NCBI GenBank assembly: GCA_009103225.1
Contig: RHPI01003244.1
Location: 248,001 to 312,000, forward strand
Origin: Chlorokybus atmophyticus
Taxonomy: Eukaryota; Plantae; Mesostigma and Chlorokybus algae
DNA: 64,000 nt
Direction of reading: 5' to 3'
Made by a program: the position numbers and the translations under genes. The notes beneath the pieces are model-generated. The model made no database searches. It was not told the DNA's origin and saw nothing but the letters and a program-made list of their open reading frames with translations. This document shows, piece after piece, positions 26,001 through 38,014 of this stretch (position 1 is its first letter; every line of letters begins with the position of its first letter).

Positions 26001-27309
26001 ATGCATGCTAGGTTCACGCATATGCTGCACATCATCAAACTTCAAATGTGCATCTGAAGAGAGACACGCACCATGCGGAATATAGTATGAGACCGACTGC
26101 TGTACTGGTTCATGTTGGTCTCCCCATAATGGCGATGCTCTGCAACGTGATAATGCTTGATGATCAGCCCACAAGATTCAAGTCAAGTGCGTGATCATTT
26201 ACCACCTCATCCCCACCTTCTCCACGTGTCATGAGATCGACAACTTCTTCCGGACTGGTAACAATCTCTTCGCGCAACCCAGCAACAAAGACACCCCTCT
26301 GGTGGGAGCAAATGCACTCAGAACACAAGCGCAAGCGAGCACTATGCGAGTATTGAGCAGTGGTGAAACTCGTGAGATGCTTACCTCAATAGTTTCGTGC
26401 ACTTGTAATCTGCGACTGTTAGGGTTGAGTAAGTCGTTGATCTCTTCATTGTAAATCTCCATGTACGAAACTCGCACAAGAAACTCGCGATCTTGTGTCT
26501 GCAGAAACATGTAACATGTAAATATGTATGCGTGTGTGTCTTTGTGCATTTGTGTGTACGCGCACGCATGGAATATAAACATTGGGTCATTATGTACTGC
26601 AACGCCGACCTTGTAAATCTCATCAAAGGCGTCATACACGGCTAGAGGAATAACACCAGGGCTCTGATTGGACCCGCGCATGGTGTAAGTCTTACCCGAA
26701 CTTGTTTGGCCATATGCAAAGACCGTACCTGTTGCAAGTAATCCTAGAAGTCTTAAGACAAGTGCAGCAGCATAGCAAGTGCCATAAACTATAATCTGTG
26801 TTGCAATGCACCCGTACCGTTGAACCCATTCACGGTGGAAAGAATGATGGGCCTCGTTGTCTCTGTGTACATCTCTGAGGTGCTGTTCTCGGGGGAAAAC
26901 ACCCGATCTGCAAGACATGAATAGCGATATTGACAACAAATAGTAACTCAAACCACCACATAAGCTGTGCATGACACACAGGCTTCCTGCTCAGACAGAA
27001 GGTTCAGGCAACAATTGAGGAACTTGCAAATAAGAACCAGAACGGGTTGGCTTACTGTATGAATCAGCTTCGCTTCCGCAACCTGACAAAAAGTGATCAA
27101 CATCACAACTCCTTACCAAAGGAGTGGCGGGGGCCTCCAGGCCAAGGGTTGCCATTGGGCAGGCAGGCGATGATGGTGGAGTCCCGTACGTCCCAGCATC
27201 CGCCGCCGCGGGCAGCCTCGACCTTGCTCAGGGGTCGCAATCTGATAGAGACAGAGATCTGACTGCTCCTTACCTCCGCCGCCGCCGCCCCCATGGCCGC
27301 CGCCGCCAT
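17030..27309 (-). CDS. CENPE: Kinesin-7 / CENP-E-like motor with very long coiled-coil tail (many exons, not fully assembled)
   Basis: N-terminal motor motifs [25 protein letters not shown] (~26690-26730), [36 protein letters not shown] (~25740-25825), [34 protein letters not shown], then [21 protein letters not shown] and extensive E/Q/A/L coiled-coil exons down to DKENM* (stop 17030-17032). Confidence 0.88.
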
Positions 27310-28086
27310 GGGCACCAAGGAAAGCCCTAATTCACACAACCGATTTGAATTCATACTGCAAGCAGGCAGTTTTGCAACGATCACAATGCCCCTGGATATC
27401 AACAGGAGGGTATGCCGATGTCCACGGCGCAGCGCATGACATCATGTGCTGGCATTTAACGCGGATGCTGATTTAGGGCTTTAAGGGCTTAAAGGGCCCA
27501 CCACTAACAAAGTTTGGACGTGGTTACCTTTATGACGTCGTTATACTTTAACATCATACTTGCTACATGTAACTTGAATGTAGCCATAGTGCATAACGTA
27601 TTCAACTAGCGGTGCGGCTGATTGGGAGCACAATTGGTTAGCACTATTTCGATGGTTGTAACCTTGGCATTACTGATTGAATATTTTAGCACGTACCATG
27701 GCATAAACGTTACGCTGTTTATTAAGTTTTCTAACGCTTAAATGCAGGTTGCTAGCCATATTGCACCATATTGCAACAGATGTGCTTCATTTTGCAACAC
27801 ATCAGATATCAACATGCACCATTGTATCTCCATATTTATCAACGGTACTTCTGTAACACATAAAATGATCAACATGCAGCTATAAGCGGCCACGTATGCA
27901 GAACTGTGCTTAATCCTACATTTATTGGCATGCGTGGAATCAATTGGATGTGCTTTGGACGGCCAGGATTGTTTAGGCAGATCTAACGGTGTAACGCTTG
28001 TACTCGCCGCCTAGCCAATGAGAAGCCGGGCCGCACATACTGCCGCGCAGCCCAGCAGTTGCGTGTGCCGTGTGATGGCCCGCACC

Positions 28087-31000
28087 TAGGCCTGGTCGTT
28101 TCCATGACTCTAGCCATGAGCTTACGGAACCTTTCGAGAATTGACGGAAGCACAGCATCTATGATAATTAATTAATAATTGGGCTTCCAGGAAGCCCTGA
28201 TGTAGGGACTTCCATGGGCTAAAGTCACGGAAGGTCACGCATATAATACATCACTATGCTTCTTGCATCAAGCTACGTGTGAACTTGTGTGTTGCATGCG
28301 GTGCAGGGTGCTTACGTGACTTATATAGTGACTATTGCACACAACAAACACATGCCATCGCACAATGCATTGTCACGATGCGCAAGTTGCACATGCACTA
28401 GGAATGTTGCTATAACATCTCATAGACCTGCTGCTATGACACTACTCAATCAAGTCAACAACTTCAGAATCATACATAGAGTCAGGCACATCGCGACCCT
28501 CGGGTAGCGGCATGCACAACAAGTCCGAGTCCAGAGCCGCGTAGTCCACAAGGCCTTCACGCTGTTTGATGGCATAAAAGCTCTGGATTGTGATCATCTT
28601 CTCTGCACGGTGAAACGCCAAGCTTGACCTGTTCTCACGAAACAACCACCTCCAAGATGAGTTGGCACGCTCTGGTCTGCATGAAGTCCCATGCAAGCTC
28701 ATGAGGCGCACTGCTGCCTGTTGCATGGCAGGGTATAGCGTGTCTAGTGACCAAGCCATCCTCCTCAACTCAACGGCTGCCACCTTGCCTGTCTGAAATG
28801 CACTGGACTGTTCACTAACTGAGTGCAGGGCAGAAACGCTGGCCACATTAAGTTATGTGGTCAGGGAAGTCATCCATTGCAGCTGCAGTGCATTACCAGC
28901 AGCAGTGTTGTCCGCAACGCCGACCAGCCTAAACAGCACGTCACGCGCTGCTTGCCGTTGCTTGTTGGTCAATGCAGCGAAAGGTGGGACAACTTGCCAT
29001 CTTTACGCTCATGCGTTTGTGGATCAATGAGGAACGCGAGGTAAAACGCTGGATGCTTTGACTTGGACCAGCGCTTTAACACAAGTGCTTCCATCGCGGA
29101 GTATGCAACGCCATTATCCGTGCACCACTGCATATGTACAAGTGAACATGATATACCATGCAAGGTGGAGACATGTGCGGTGCAAGTATGCAAACTGCAA
29201 CATTGCATGTACCTCTCTGATGTGGCTGATGATACTTTGCCACATGCTCCACACCGTTGAGAGCAATGGACGATCACCTTCCACCTGTGCTATAAGGCTG
29301 CGCACAGGCTTCAATAGATGCAGCGTGGAAGACGCAGCAGACCAGAACTCAGAGTCCAAGACAATGGTGCGACTGGCCGCACCAGTTGTCAACGAGTACT
29401 CCACCTCAAACTCTGGCTCCACGACAGTGTGTCGCAATGCTGCGGCCGAGTCAACCAAGTCTTGTAGCAGATCAACCATGTAGCCAAATCTGATATCCGG
29501 GGGCACATCCAGTGCTTTGGTCTTGCCATATTGCTCCTTTTGCTTCATCTGCATGTGCTCATGCATTAGCCCAACGGAAATTCTACATACACAACCCCTA
29601 ACCCTTCACACCTGCAGTATGGTTTGGGCTTTGGAGTTGTCACGAAAGAACCCTGCCACCACACGAGCCTTCCTCACAACCTCCTTCACCATGCCGCTAT
29701 GCTTGGAAAATTTGTTGAGTAAGAGTGACAGAGCATGCGCTTGACATGTGCAGCAAACCACCCAGTGAAAGCTCTGCTCCAACTCACGAAGCACTAGCTT
29801 GTTCAAGTTTTCCCCATCAGCTATGACATCAGCAATGCTTGAAAATGCAGACTTGTCATTGCCTCCAGTTATCATCTCAAAGATCTGTAGCAATCAACAA
29901 TCAAGAAGACTACTTGCAGCAGTCATGCATGTAAGTTACAATGACAAGTCTTGATGTAACAGCATGAATGATGCTAGTGTACACACCTGCTTGCACTCGT
30001 TCAGCAGATAAGGGCCGTTGACACTAGTGATGCCATCAGTTGGCATTGACTTGAAGAACATGGCCCCTCCATCTGGTAAGTTCACCAGGTAGTTGATAAT
30101 CTTCTTTCCCTCATTGATATTTTTTTTCTTCAACCCATCAAGAGCAATCTGCATGCACTGCAGCCAAGGCAGTCAGCCATTATAACTTACATGTATACAG
30201 CATATCAATACGTTGAGCGCTACCTGCAGGTTGTTGAGAGAGACCTTGATCTCTGCCTGCACCTCATCATGCATGCTATTCAACAATGGGCCAGCTACAG
30301 TATGGCGACGTAAACCCGGATGCCCTAACGCTTTGAGTCCTTCTCTAAAGTCTATGTGTTGCACTGCAGATATAGGGATTGAACCACAATTGCGATATAT
30401 CCACCTGCAAAAGCACTTCGTGGCCTTTGCAATTGCTGCCGCGCTTGGTGTGTAGCTCTTCATGGTCATTTGCTCTGCCTTGCGCTTGCCATCTGCACTA
30501 ATACCACCTGTAGCAGATTGCGTCTGACTGATGTGCTGCTCCCATGCCACCCGATCTGCGTCTCCACCTCCAAGGAACAGCGTTTGCCCATTAGTCCTTG
30601 ACTTCTTCTTCAACTGCAACATGCTATGCATCAAACGCCCTTCATGCACAAGACTTCGCGCACACATTGCACACACAGCATGAGATGCAATGCTTTTGTT
30701 GCATGCGCTTGGCAGATGATAATGCACAGCATGACAAGCGACAGCATCAGCATAACACGACACATGTGCACACATCCCCACAATGACGATGCAGAGTACC
30801 TGCTGTGCATGCCTCTTACCAAAGCGTCTCTCTCTTGTTCAGTAATGCCGCTGCAGACACCAGGAGCTTTCAAGTGATCTAGCGCCACCTTTGAAGGGTT
30901 GGAAACGTTGAAGTGCACATCGCCGCACACACACAACAGGCCAATCCCTTTGACATCATCATCTACAACCACTGTGGCACACACTAGCACAGGCTTAAGA

Positions 31001-31499
31001 AACGCCCAGAATGTCACATGGTTGGACTGCACAGATGCATTGCGCATGGTTTCTAGCTGCTATACTCTTGCCTCATCTTATCGAGCGTCCAGGCACAATG
31101 ACTAGTAGCCTGTTTAAGCTTGCGCTCTATGCGCATGGTGCTAGTCACAGCCCTTGCCCCATCTAGTGTATGAACAACAGCACTATTGACAGAGCATGAT
31201 GCTCCTTCGCCTGCTGACGGCGGCTCCCCCGCCATCACCGCCGCCGCCGCCAGCGTCCACGCCGTGGCCTCCCTGGTCGTTTTTTGCGCCAAGGCAGAGT
31301 CTTGCTGCGACAACCCTAAACACGAGTTGATTGATTTAGCGGACGGAAGGTTCCGTCGCTGACGAACTGGACTTCCACAGAACGAACGGAAGGTGCCGAA
31401 AGGTTTGATGACGGAACAGCCCTTTAGCCCTGCTTCCGGAATTTCCCGGAAGTCGCACCTTCCGGAAGGTACTTCCGTCTACGGAAGCGACCAGGCCTA
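28087..31499 (-). mobile_element. hAT-superfamily DNA transposon (3,413 bp)
   Basis: TIRs TAGGCCTGGTCG(T/C)TTCC(A/G)T at both ends, perfect 8-bp TSD CCCGCACC (28079-28086 and 31500-31507), and multiple subterminal ACGGAA/TTCCG motifs. Confidence 0.93.
28442..31047 (-). pseudogene. Intron-containing hAT transposase (BED-like finger, DUF659-type core, dimerisation domain), apparently disrupted
   Basis: TFWAFL..CVCGDVHF..HLKAPGVC; IALDGL; CCTCQAHALSLLL; LLKPVRSLIAQVEGDRP; HPAFYLAFLIDP; LMSLHGTSCRPERANSSW. Apparent frameshift near 28990 and in-frame TAA near 28853. Confidence 0.8.
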
Positions 31500-31867
31500 C
31501 CCGCACCACTTCTCCGCACGTAACGTCGCAGAAACGTTAGTACTTAATGTATTATCTTAATACATGTGGGACATGTTTAGATCATATAAGCCATGTGAAA
31601 TTATCTATGTATTATGTATCAAAGATTGTATGTATTATATTGCATACAAAATTACCGATATATGTATAACACTCCATAATATTACAATATTATATGCATA
31701 TAATATGTATAATGCTATTTATGATTATGACATATATGCATATTTTTCATTTATATATGATGTAGTGTATGTATAATATATAATAAGATTACTCATATAT
31801 AAGTGCGTACCGTATTTACCCGATCACTGTCCCCCCCCTAATAGAGTTACCCCCCCCTTTTTCGGGG

Positions 31868-32140
31868 NNNNNNNNNNNNNNNNNNNNNNNNNNNNNNNNN
31901 NNNNNNNNNNNNNNNNNNNNNNNNNNNNNNNNNNNNNNNNNNNNNNNNNNNNNNNNNNNNNNNNNNNNNNNNNNNNNNNNNNNNNNNNNNNNNNNNNNNN
32001 NNNNNNNNNNNNNNNNNNNNNNNNNNNNNNNNNNNNNNNNNNNNNNNNNNNNNNNNNNNNNNNNNNNNNNNNNNNNNNNNNNNNNNNNNNNNNNNNNNNN
32101 NNNNNNNNNNNNNNNNNNNNNNNNNNNNNNNNNNNNNNNN
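31868..32140. other. Assembly gap (N run)
   Basis: Run of N inside the pogo element, flanked by G/C homopolymers. Confidence 1.
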
Positions 32141-32349
32141 CCCCCCTCGCGGGGTAATATGCTTCCTAGGGGTATGTGCAGTTTAGCAAGGTGGAGGTAG
32201 CAAAAATGGTGTTGGATAAGTTGAGTTGTAGGCGCACCAAGCCCAAGCCCATGTGCAACAACAATCACCCCCAACATCATTGCCGTTCGCGCATAAACAC
32301 AAGGCACATGAGCCAAGCATGCATGCTATGTCAACATACATACAACCTG

Positions 32350-33947
32350 CTAAATGCTATCATCATCACTCGCAACGTCAATGCTATCAGTTACGGCATG
32401 CACGTCCTCCTCCACCCCATCCTCCTCCTCCTCCTCCTCCTCACTGACTTCCGCACCACCATGCCCTGCCGCTGCGGCTTCACGCTCATCTTCCAACGCT
32501 TCCTGCTCCTCCAATGGCAGCTCCGCCACGAGGACAACACTATCGTCCTCATCCTCAATGTCCTCAATGACCATGTCATCCTCACTACCATCAAGAGCAA
32601 TGCTGATGCCGGCCTTCTTAAAGAAGTTTTGCACAATGCGTGCAGGGATAGCCTCCTAACTCTCGTGATCCACGTCAGAATCTCTGTGAAGGAGCACGCC
32701 CGTTGATGGCCGCCAGCAGTGAAGGTGTGCTAGCTTGGATCCGCCATCTACATTTGCCACTACATATGCATAACACCTTGATAAGTGAACTTTGCTATAA
32801 CAAAGGCATGCCATGTCAACAACAACAGTTATCGTCAACAACGCACCTTTGCTCTAACCATGTCCTTGACAGGTTTGTTTAGGCCAATGTCCAAGGGCTG
32901 CAAGGCACTTGTCATACCACCTGGTATGACAGCTTGGTCAACGCGGATGTGTTGCAACGCCTTGCCCACAGAGTCACACAAATGGGCCCTAAAGCTGTCC
33001 CATACAAGCAGAGCTCGTTTGCCGAAAATCTACACACAAGCCACAACAAGCGTGGGAGCCAGTCAGTCAGCAAATCGGCATGCACACACACGCGTACGCA
33101 TGCATGCACACAAGTACGCATGCATGCACACAAGCAGTCAAAAGCAAGAAGCCAGCCAGCGTGTGCACAAACAAGTGTGCGTGCTCAGCAACCAGCCAGC
33201 CAGTCAGTGTGCACACACGCAATACGCATGCATGCACACAAGCAGCATGCGCACAAGCAGTCGGAAGCAAGGAGCCAGCCAGTGTGCACACAAACAAGTG
33301 TGCGTTCTCCGCAACCAGTCAGCCAGTTAGCGTGCACAACACCAACGACACTAAATACACATGCATGCACACAAGCAACAAGCACTGCTTGTACACACAT
33401 GTATGTTACATGTGTGTACAAGAACAAGTACCCCCTTGCAAACGGAAGGCAGACCTCAAGCTGCCCGTGATGTTAATGCCCTGCTTGATCCATTAACGAA
33501 TGCTTTTTGGATAGACATCATGCTCACGTGCTGCAGCCTTCACCCCAATAAGGCGTGCCCGACGCAACATCTTCAGCTACACACACAACCTTTGCATTAG
33601 CTGCTTATCAATGTGGAGCATGTGTTGAACAGGTGCACAAGCAGATACTACCTGCGCTGACACAACACACGCAAGCAAGCATTACCAAATGCACATCTTT
33701 GACTTATTGTGAATTGACGGCGCAGGTGCCTCTTATTCTTTTTACAACTGCTCTCACGTGCGCGCTGCTTTGCAACCACCCCATCTGGGCGCGCCTCACG
33801 TGCTGCTTGGTTTGCCTTGGCCTTAGCAGCAGCTGCGGCAGCAACGGCGAGTGTAGCCGCTGCTGAGGCCACTTCAGCAGCAGCGGCTGCTGCTTCCTCT
33901 TCAAGCCGACGCATGCTGGCCTGCCTTGCAGCAGCCCGACCAGCCAT
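32350..33947 (-). pseudogene. pogo-family transposase remnant
   Basis: RRQFTISQ..ARLIGVKAAAREHDVYPKSIR*WIKQ (N-terminal HTH with stop at 33493-33495), RALLVWDSFRAH and VIPGGMTSALQPLDIGLNKPVK (DDE_1 motifs), IVQNFFKKAGISIALDGSEDD plus acidic tail. The CENP-B HTH and first catalytic Asp region are not found. Confidence 0.85.
33075..33420. repeat. Degenerate tandem/low-complexity repeat inside the pogo element (probable intron)
   Basis: Two copies of CACAAGCAGTC..AAGCAAG.AGCCAGCCAG.GTG..CACAAACAAGTGTGCGT..C.GCAACCAG..AGCCAG plus many GCATGCACAC units. Confidence 0.65.
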
Positions 33948-34747
33948 TTTGCCACCGCCACCAGCCACACCGCCCTCACCAACCACACCGCCCTCCACAA
34001 CCACACCTCCGCCAACTACGCAGTTGGTCGCCCCAAAGGACGAGATTTGCGTGAGAAAGGCGGGAAAGGCGGCAACCCCTGCTACCAAACATAGTCCCCC
34101 CCTTGTAATAATATCCCCCCCCCGAATACAATACCCCATATTGGGGGGGGGGGGGACACTATAAAAAGGGGGGGACTGTGATCGGGTAAATACGGTATAT
34201 ATCACGTATAGTTTGTACTTATGATACATATATATATATATACATTATCAATTACAATGCATATGCACTTANGATACATATATATATTTCAAGTACAATA
34301 CATATTATTATATGTAGTCGTCATTGCATACAGTTATTAGAAGTATCATAAATAAAGTATATATCATTCGCATATATTTTGAGCAATTGCATGACATGGG
34401 GATGAGCTTTGGACGGTCGAGAGTTGTTTTGACAGACCATACGGCCGATAGCTAATTATTGCCGCCTAGCTAATGAGAGGCAGGCCGGCCGCGCATACCG
34501 CGCAGCCCGGCAGTCGCGGGTGCCGTATGTCACGGGGCCGTCGTGCGTGGTGCGCGTGTGATGTGTCTTGTGCCCTAATGCCGGCCGGCCCAATCACACG
34601 CCCAATCAGCCGCACCGCTAGTTCGCGTGGTGTTTAAAACGATATCAAGTTACTACCTCATACACATACGCACATATATCATAAATACACTTGCAGCAAG
34701 TATACACAATACAACATGTGCATGGTATTCTTGAACGAGAAGTAGTA

Positions 34748-35030
34748 CCGTATTTGCCCGGATAGAAGCCCCCCCCCCCCCCCCCCCCNCAGAAGCCCCC
34801 CACCCCAGGGGGGCTTCTACTCGGCACGAGTTACGCTGTCAACTGGCTGAGTCGCGCGCGTTAAACGTAATCCGACACTTGACGCAGGACGGCGTAAGTC
34901 ACGCGCGTCAAGCGTAGCCCAGGCAGCACAATGCGGGCCATGACTCGGGGAGGGCTTGTAAGTGTTTGCATAAGCCCCCACCCTATTTTGCAAAGGGGGG
35001 GGGGGGGCGGCTTCTGTCCGGCAACTACGG
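34748..35030. mobile_element. pogo/Tc2-type MITE (283 bp)
   Basis: TA|CCGTATTTGCCCGGATAGAAGCCCCC ... GGGCGGCTTCTGTCCGGCAACTACGG|TA: imperfect TIRs with TA duplication, terminus shared with the 31810-34195 element. Confidence 0.8.
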
Positions 35031-35032
35031 TA

Positions 35033-37230
35033 ACGCAAACTTTTTTGTAAGCTGTGTGAATAAATCCTGCATTGCAGCAACACAGTTAATTTTTGGACAA
35101 CATGCCATGTTATTAATAATTTAACGTTATGATATGGTTTTTCATCCGTTCAAGGGCAATCCGTTGGAAAACTATGATTTCTCAAGAAGCGCATTCGAAG
35201 GCAGTGTTTATCATAAACAAATGATCACGGCGGTTGTAATATTCGATACGTTTTAAGTACATTTGCAACGTAAAGATGAACATTACAAGTTATAATACCA
35301 CATGAACATACACAATGTTGAAGTTGTTGTGTATGTTCAAAATTTCACTAATTATACATATGATGTATACGAGAAAAACAAGTGACAGCTATAATTATTA
35401 AGCATAATTGTTGATTACTGGCCATGCAAAAATACTAACGTTTGCAGCGAAACAATCATCAGTCATTAATTTGTATATTATGATGTTATGGTCGTAATCT
35501 ACTAAGCATAGTATGCTTTCAATTATCCATAGTACGACCACACAATGTAAGACAAAATTATGTTTGCATAAGTCACATCATGTAAATCTGCATCAAACAG
35601 ATTATCAACAATTGATATCATCGAAACAATTGCATGAAAATGTTGCATTAAGTAGGTTGAACATTTTCAACCTTATAGTAATAAACCATTACGTTGAATG
35701 ATATGCAATATGTACGCTACTTAAATAGCACGCAGTTATAGTGCTATAAACAAAGAATTAATCATGTTTTTTTTTCTATAATAACATAATATAATTAAAG
35801 CTTTTGTTTTATGCAATTTGCTCTGCGTACATAAACATTATATTGTTGTATATGCCATACATGGTCTCCCCTCCGAATAAAGTCCCCTATCAATGAAAGG
35901 CTTGCGTGTTCGACCGATTGAATGTTCAACATCGATTGTGTTATGGTCATTAATGTTTGTGTACCTTGTATATGCACATAAAATTAATACACATGTAGCA
36001 GGTAGGCTCTTGACCATCATGCTATAATAGCAAAAGACGCGATATTAATAAGACCAATATTGCATGATTTGCATGCATGATTTTATCATATATGTATGAT
36101 ACAGCAAACAACAAAGTGCTCCGCTTTTCCGTATAAGTTGCATTTTATGCAATGTGCATGTGCTGCGTAGTAAATAAGAATTAACTTGTTGCTTACATTT
36201 GTAAACATGTGTTACTGTTCAGCACATGCTTGACGCGAATAATAAATCATAGATGGGCAGGCACTTTACCAAAACGGAGATGGCCGCTCCTGCCGTTGAA
36301 GTTGTGGAGGACGTTGCTTGCGAAACCAATGTCACAACGCGCGGGTCTGTGGTGCCAAGCTTTTGAGTCTGCCAATTTGCTGAGCATCAAACCGTGTAAA
36401 TATATGCGCATGAATCGCGATGGTGCGATGTGAAATATCTTGAGATGTTTATTGACTCAAAACCTTATTATAGCAGGGCTGCCTGGCCAAGGAGAGTGTA
36501 CAGCAACATAACGGTGTACTTGTATGACTCTAACAAGAGCTTTGAAGATTGGAAGTTCATTCCTTCCAAGAAGGCAACTAACTCAATGATATATCATGCG
36601 TAAGCTGTTAGCCATCTATGTTGACTGCTAAATATGATTGGGTAGTCTTCAACTAAGCTTTTTATGCGTTTAAATGCAACATTTCATCAACAATGCTGAA
36701 AGATTTACATAATACATTTAATGTAATGTAATTTATTGTTTAAAATAATTCAAACCTTGCTGTAAACATATTGGCGTTCAACATTATCACGATTGCGTTG
36801 CTTTACGTAAACCTTGAACCTATAACATGTAGAGAACTCACTTGCATGAAAAAGCAATTCGGTTGTGTAAGCACACGCCATTACAGATGCCATGATGAGC
36901 ATAGCTATGCTCACTATAGTTAAAGAAGTTGTGCATAAACACATATATATCGTAGGTATGCTAATTTGAAGCAAATGAGAGGTAGATATCGTAGCGACAT
37001 GTACATTACAACCCACGCTCACTTTTGCGAGTTAATTAAGTTTTGTTTATTTGCTATGATTATCAAAATAGTCAACACAATGCATTAATATCATTGCTAA
37101 CAAGACTCGTAATGCCTTAATATACTTACAACCCAAAGCAATTAGTAAAGAAGTTGGGTTGTAATGCACGTGTCACTACGGTACATGTACTACCATTGCA
37201 CAACAGATAAACAGATGGCACCAGATACAT
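35033..37230. other. AT-rich non-coding island, probably decayed transposon sequence
   Basis: Visibly more AT-rich than neighbouring genes, only short stop-interrupted ORFs, no recognisable domain. Confidence 0.35.
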
Positions 37231-38014
37231 ATACTATAAGTATACTTTATATCTAGAACGCAGGTATTGAGAGTGTGCACCAGAGAGTGGGCCCATATCC
37301 ATGTACGGCCGTCGCGCATGTAGCGTGCCTCTGCCGGCCACGAGGGGTTGTTTTCGGCCAGGTTGACCGGTTCGCCACATAACTGGCAACCACTGGAACA
37401 TGTTCGTTATGCATCAAATTATGCACGAAACCAACACCGAGAAAAAAAGATTCCGTTCCGCTTTTCAAGGGCGCCAAAGGGCGCTCAAGCCCAGTCACCC
37501 ATTTTGCGCTGCGGTCGATTGAAGCTCGAGAAGGGCACCCGACCCGCAATTGTCCGGAAGCCAAGCTATGCTAGAGATAATGTAAGCCGTAGGTTGTAGG
37601 GTACGCTAGGTCTACATTCGGATTGCAAGAGCTGCTTTGCACTCCAATGATGCGTACGACGGCCGAGCTGAGCCAACGGATTGTGGCAATGATTGGGCAC
37701 CTCACTTTCAGTAGGCTACCTACCAGCATGACCGGTGCAAGACTGGCCGTCTTTAGCCGGTCATGCTGGACGGTCCACCGGTCACTGCTTTACCACAGTG
37801 GTCCACACTGAACTTGCCTGTTGCTGTCTCTTACTGCCGTCAGATGTCCGACGGGAAGTGGACACCAGCGTCGTGACTCACCTCCGGTAACGAGCAGCGT
37901 ACACGTGTGTGCAACATTAATGGGACACATGACGCCTAGTAGATCATACAACAGGGTGCATACTGTTGGGTGGGCGGCGGTAGCGGCGGCGGCGGTGTCC
38001 AGGGCAGCGGCGTC

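Larger units (their letters stand above)
31810..34195 (-). mobile_element. Tc1/mariner pogo/Tc2-type DNA transposon, internally deleted
   Basis: TIR CCGTATTTACCCGATCAC (31810-31827 / 34178-34195, extendable into C/G runs with one mismatch), TA on both flanks, pogo transposase fragments inside. Confidence 0.9.
27604..34623. mobile_element. Putative non-autonomous inverted-repeat element (~1.2 kb when emptied) hosting two nested transposons
   Basis: Perfect 23-bp inverted repeat AACTAGCGGTGCGGCTGATTGGG at 27604-27626 and 34601-34623. A TA or CTAG duplication can be read at both ends. No coding sequence of its own. Confidence 0.5.

Noticed and set aside
36730-36765. FKPCCKHIGV, reminiscent of a MULE SWIM finger
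   Set aside because: Too short, with no flanking Cys pattern or transposase context.
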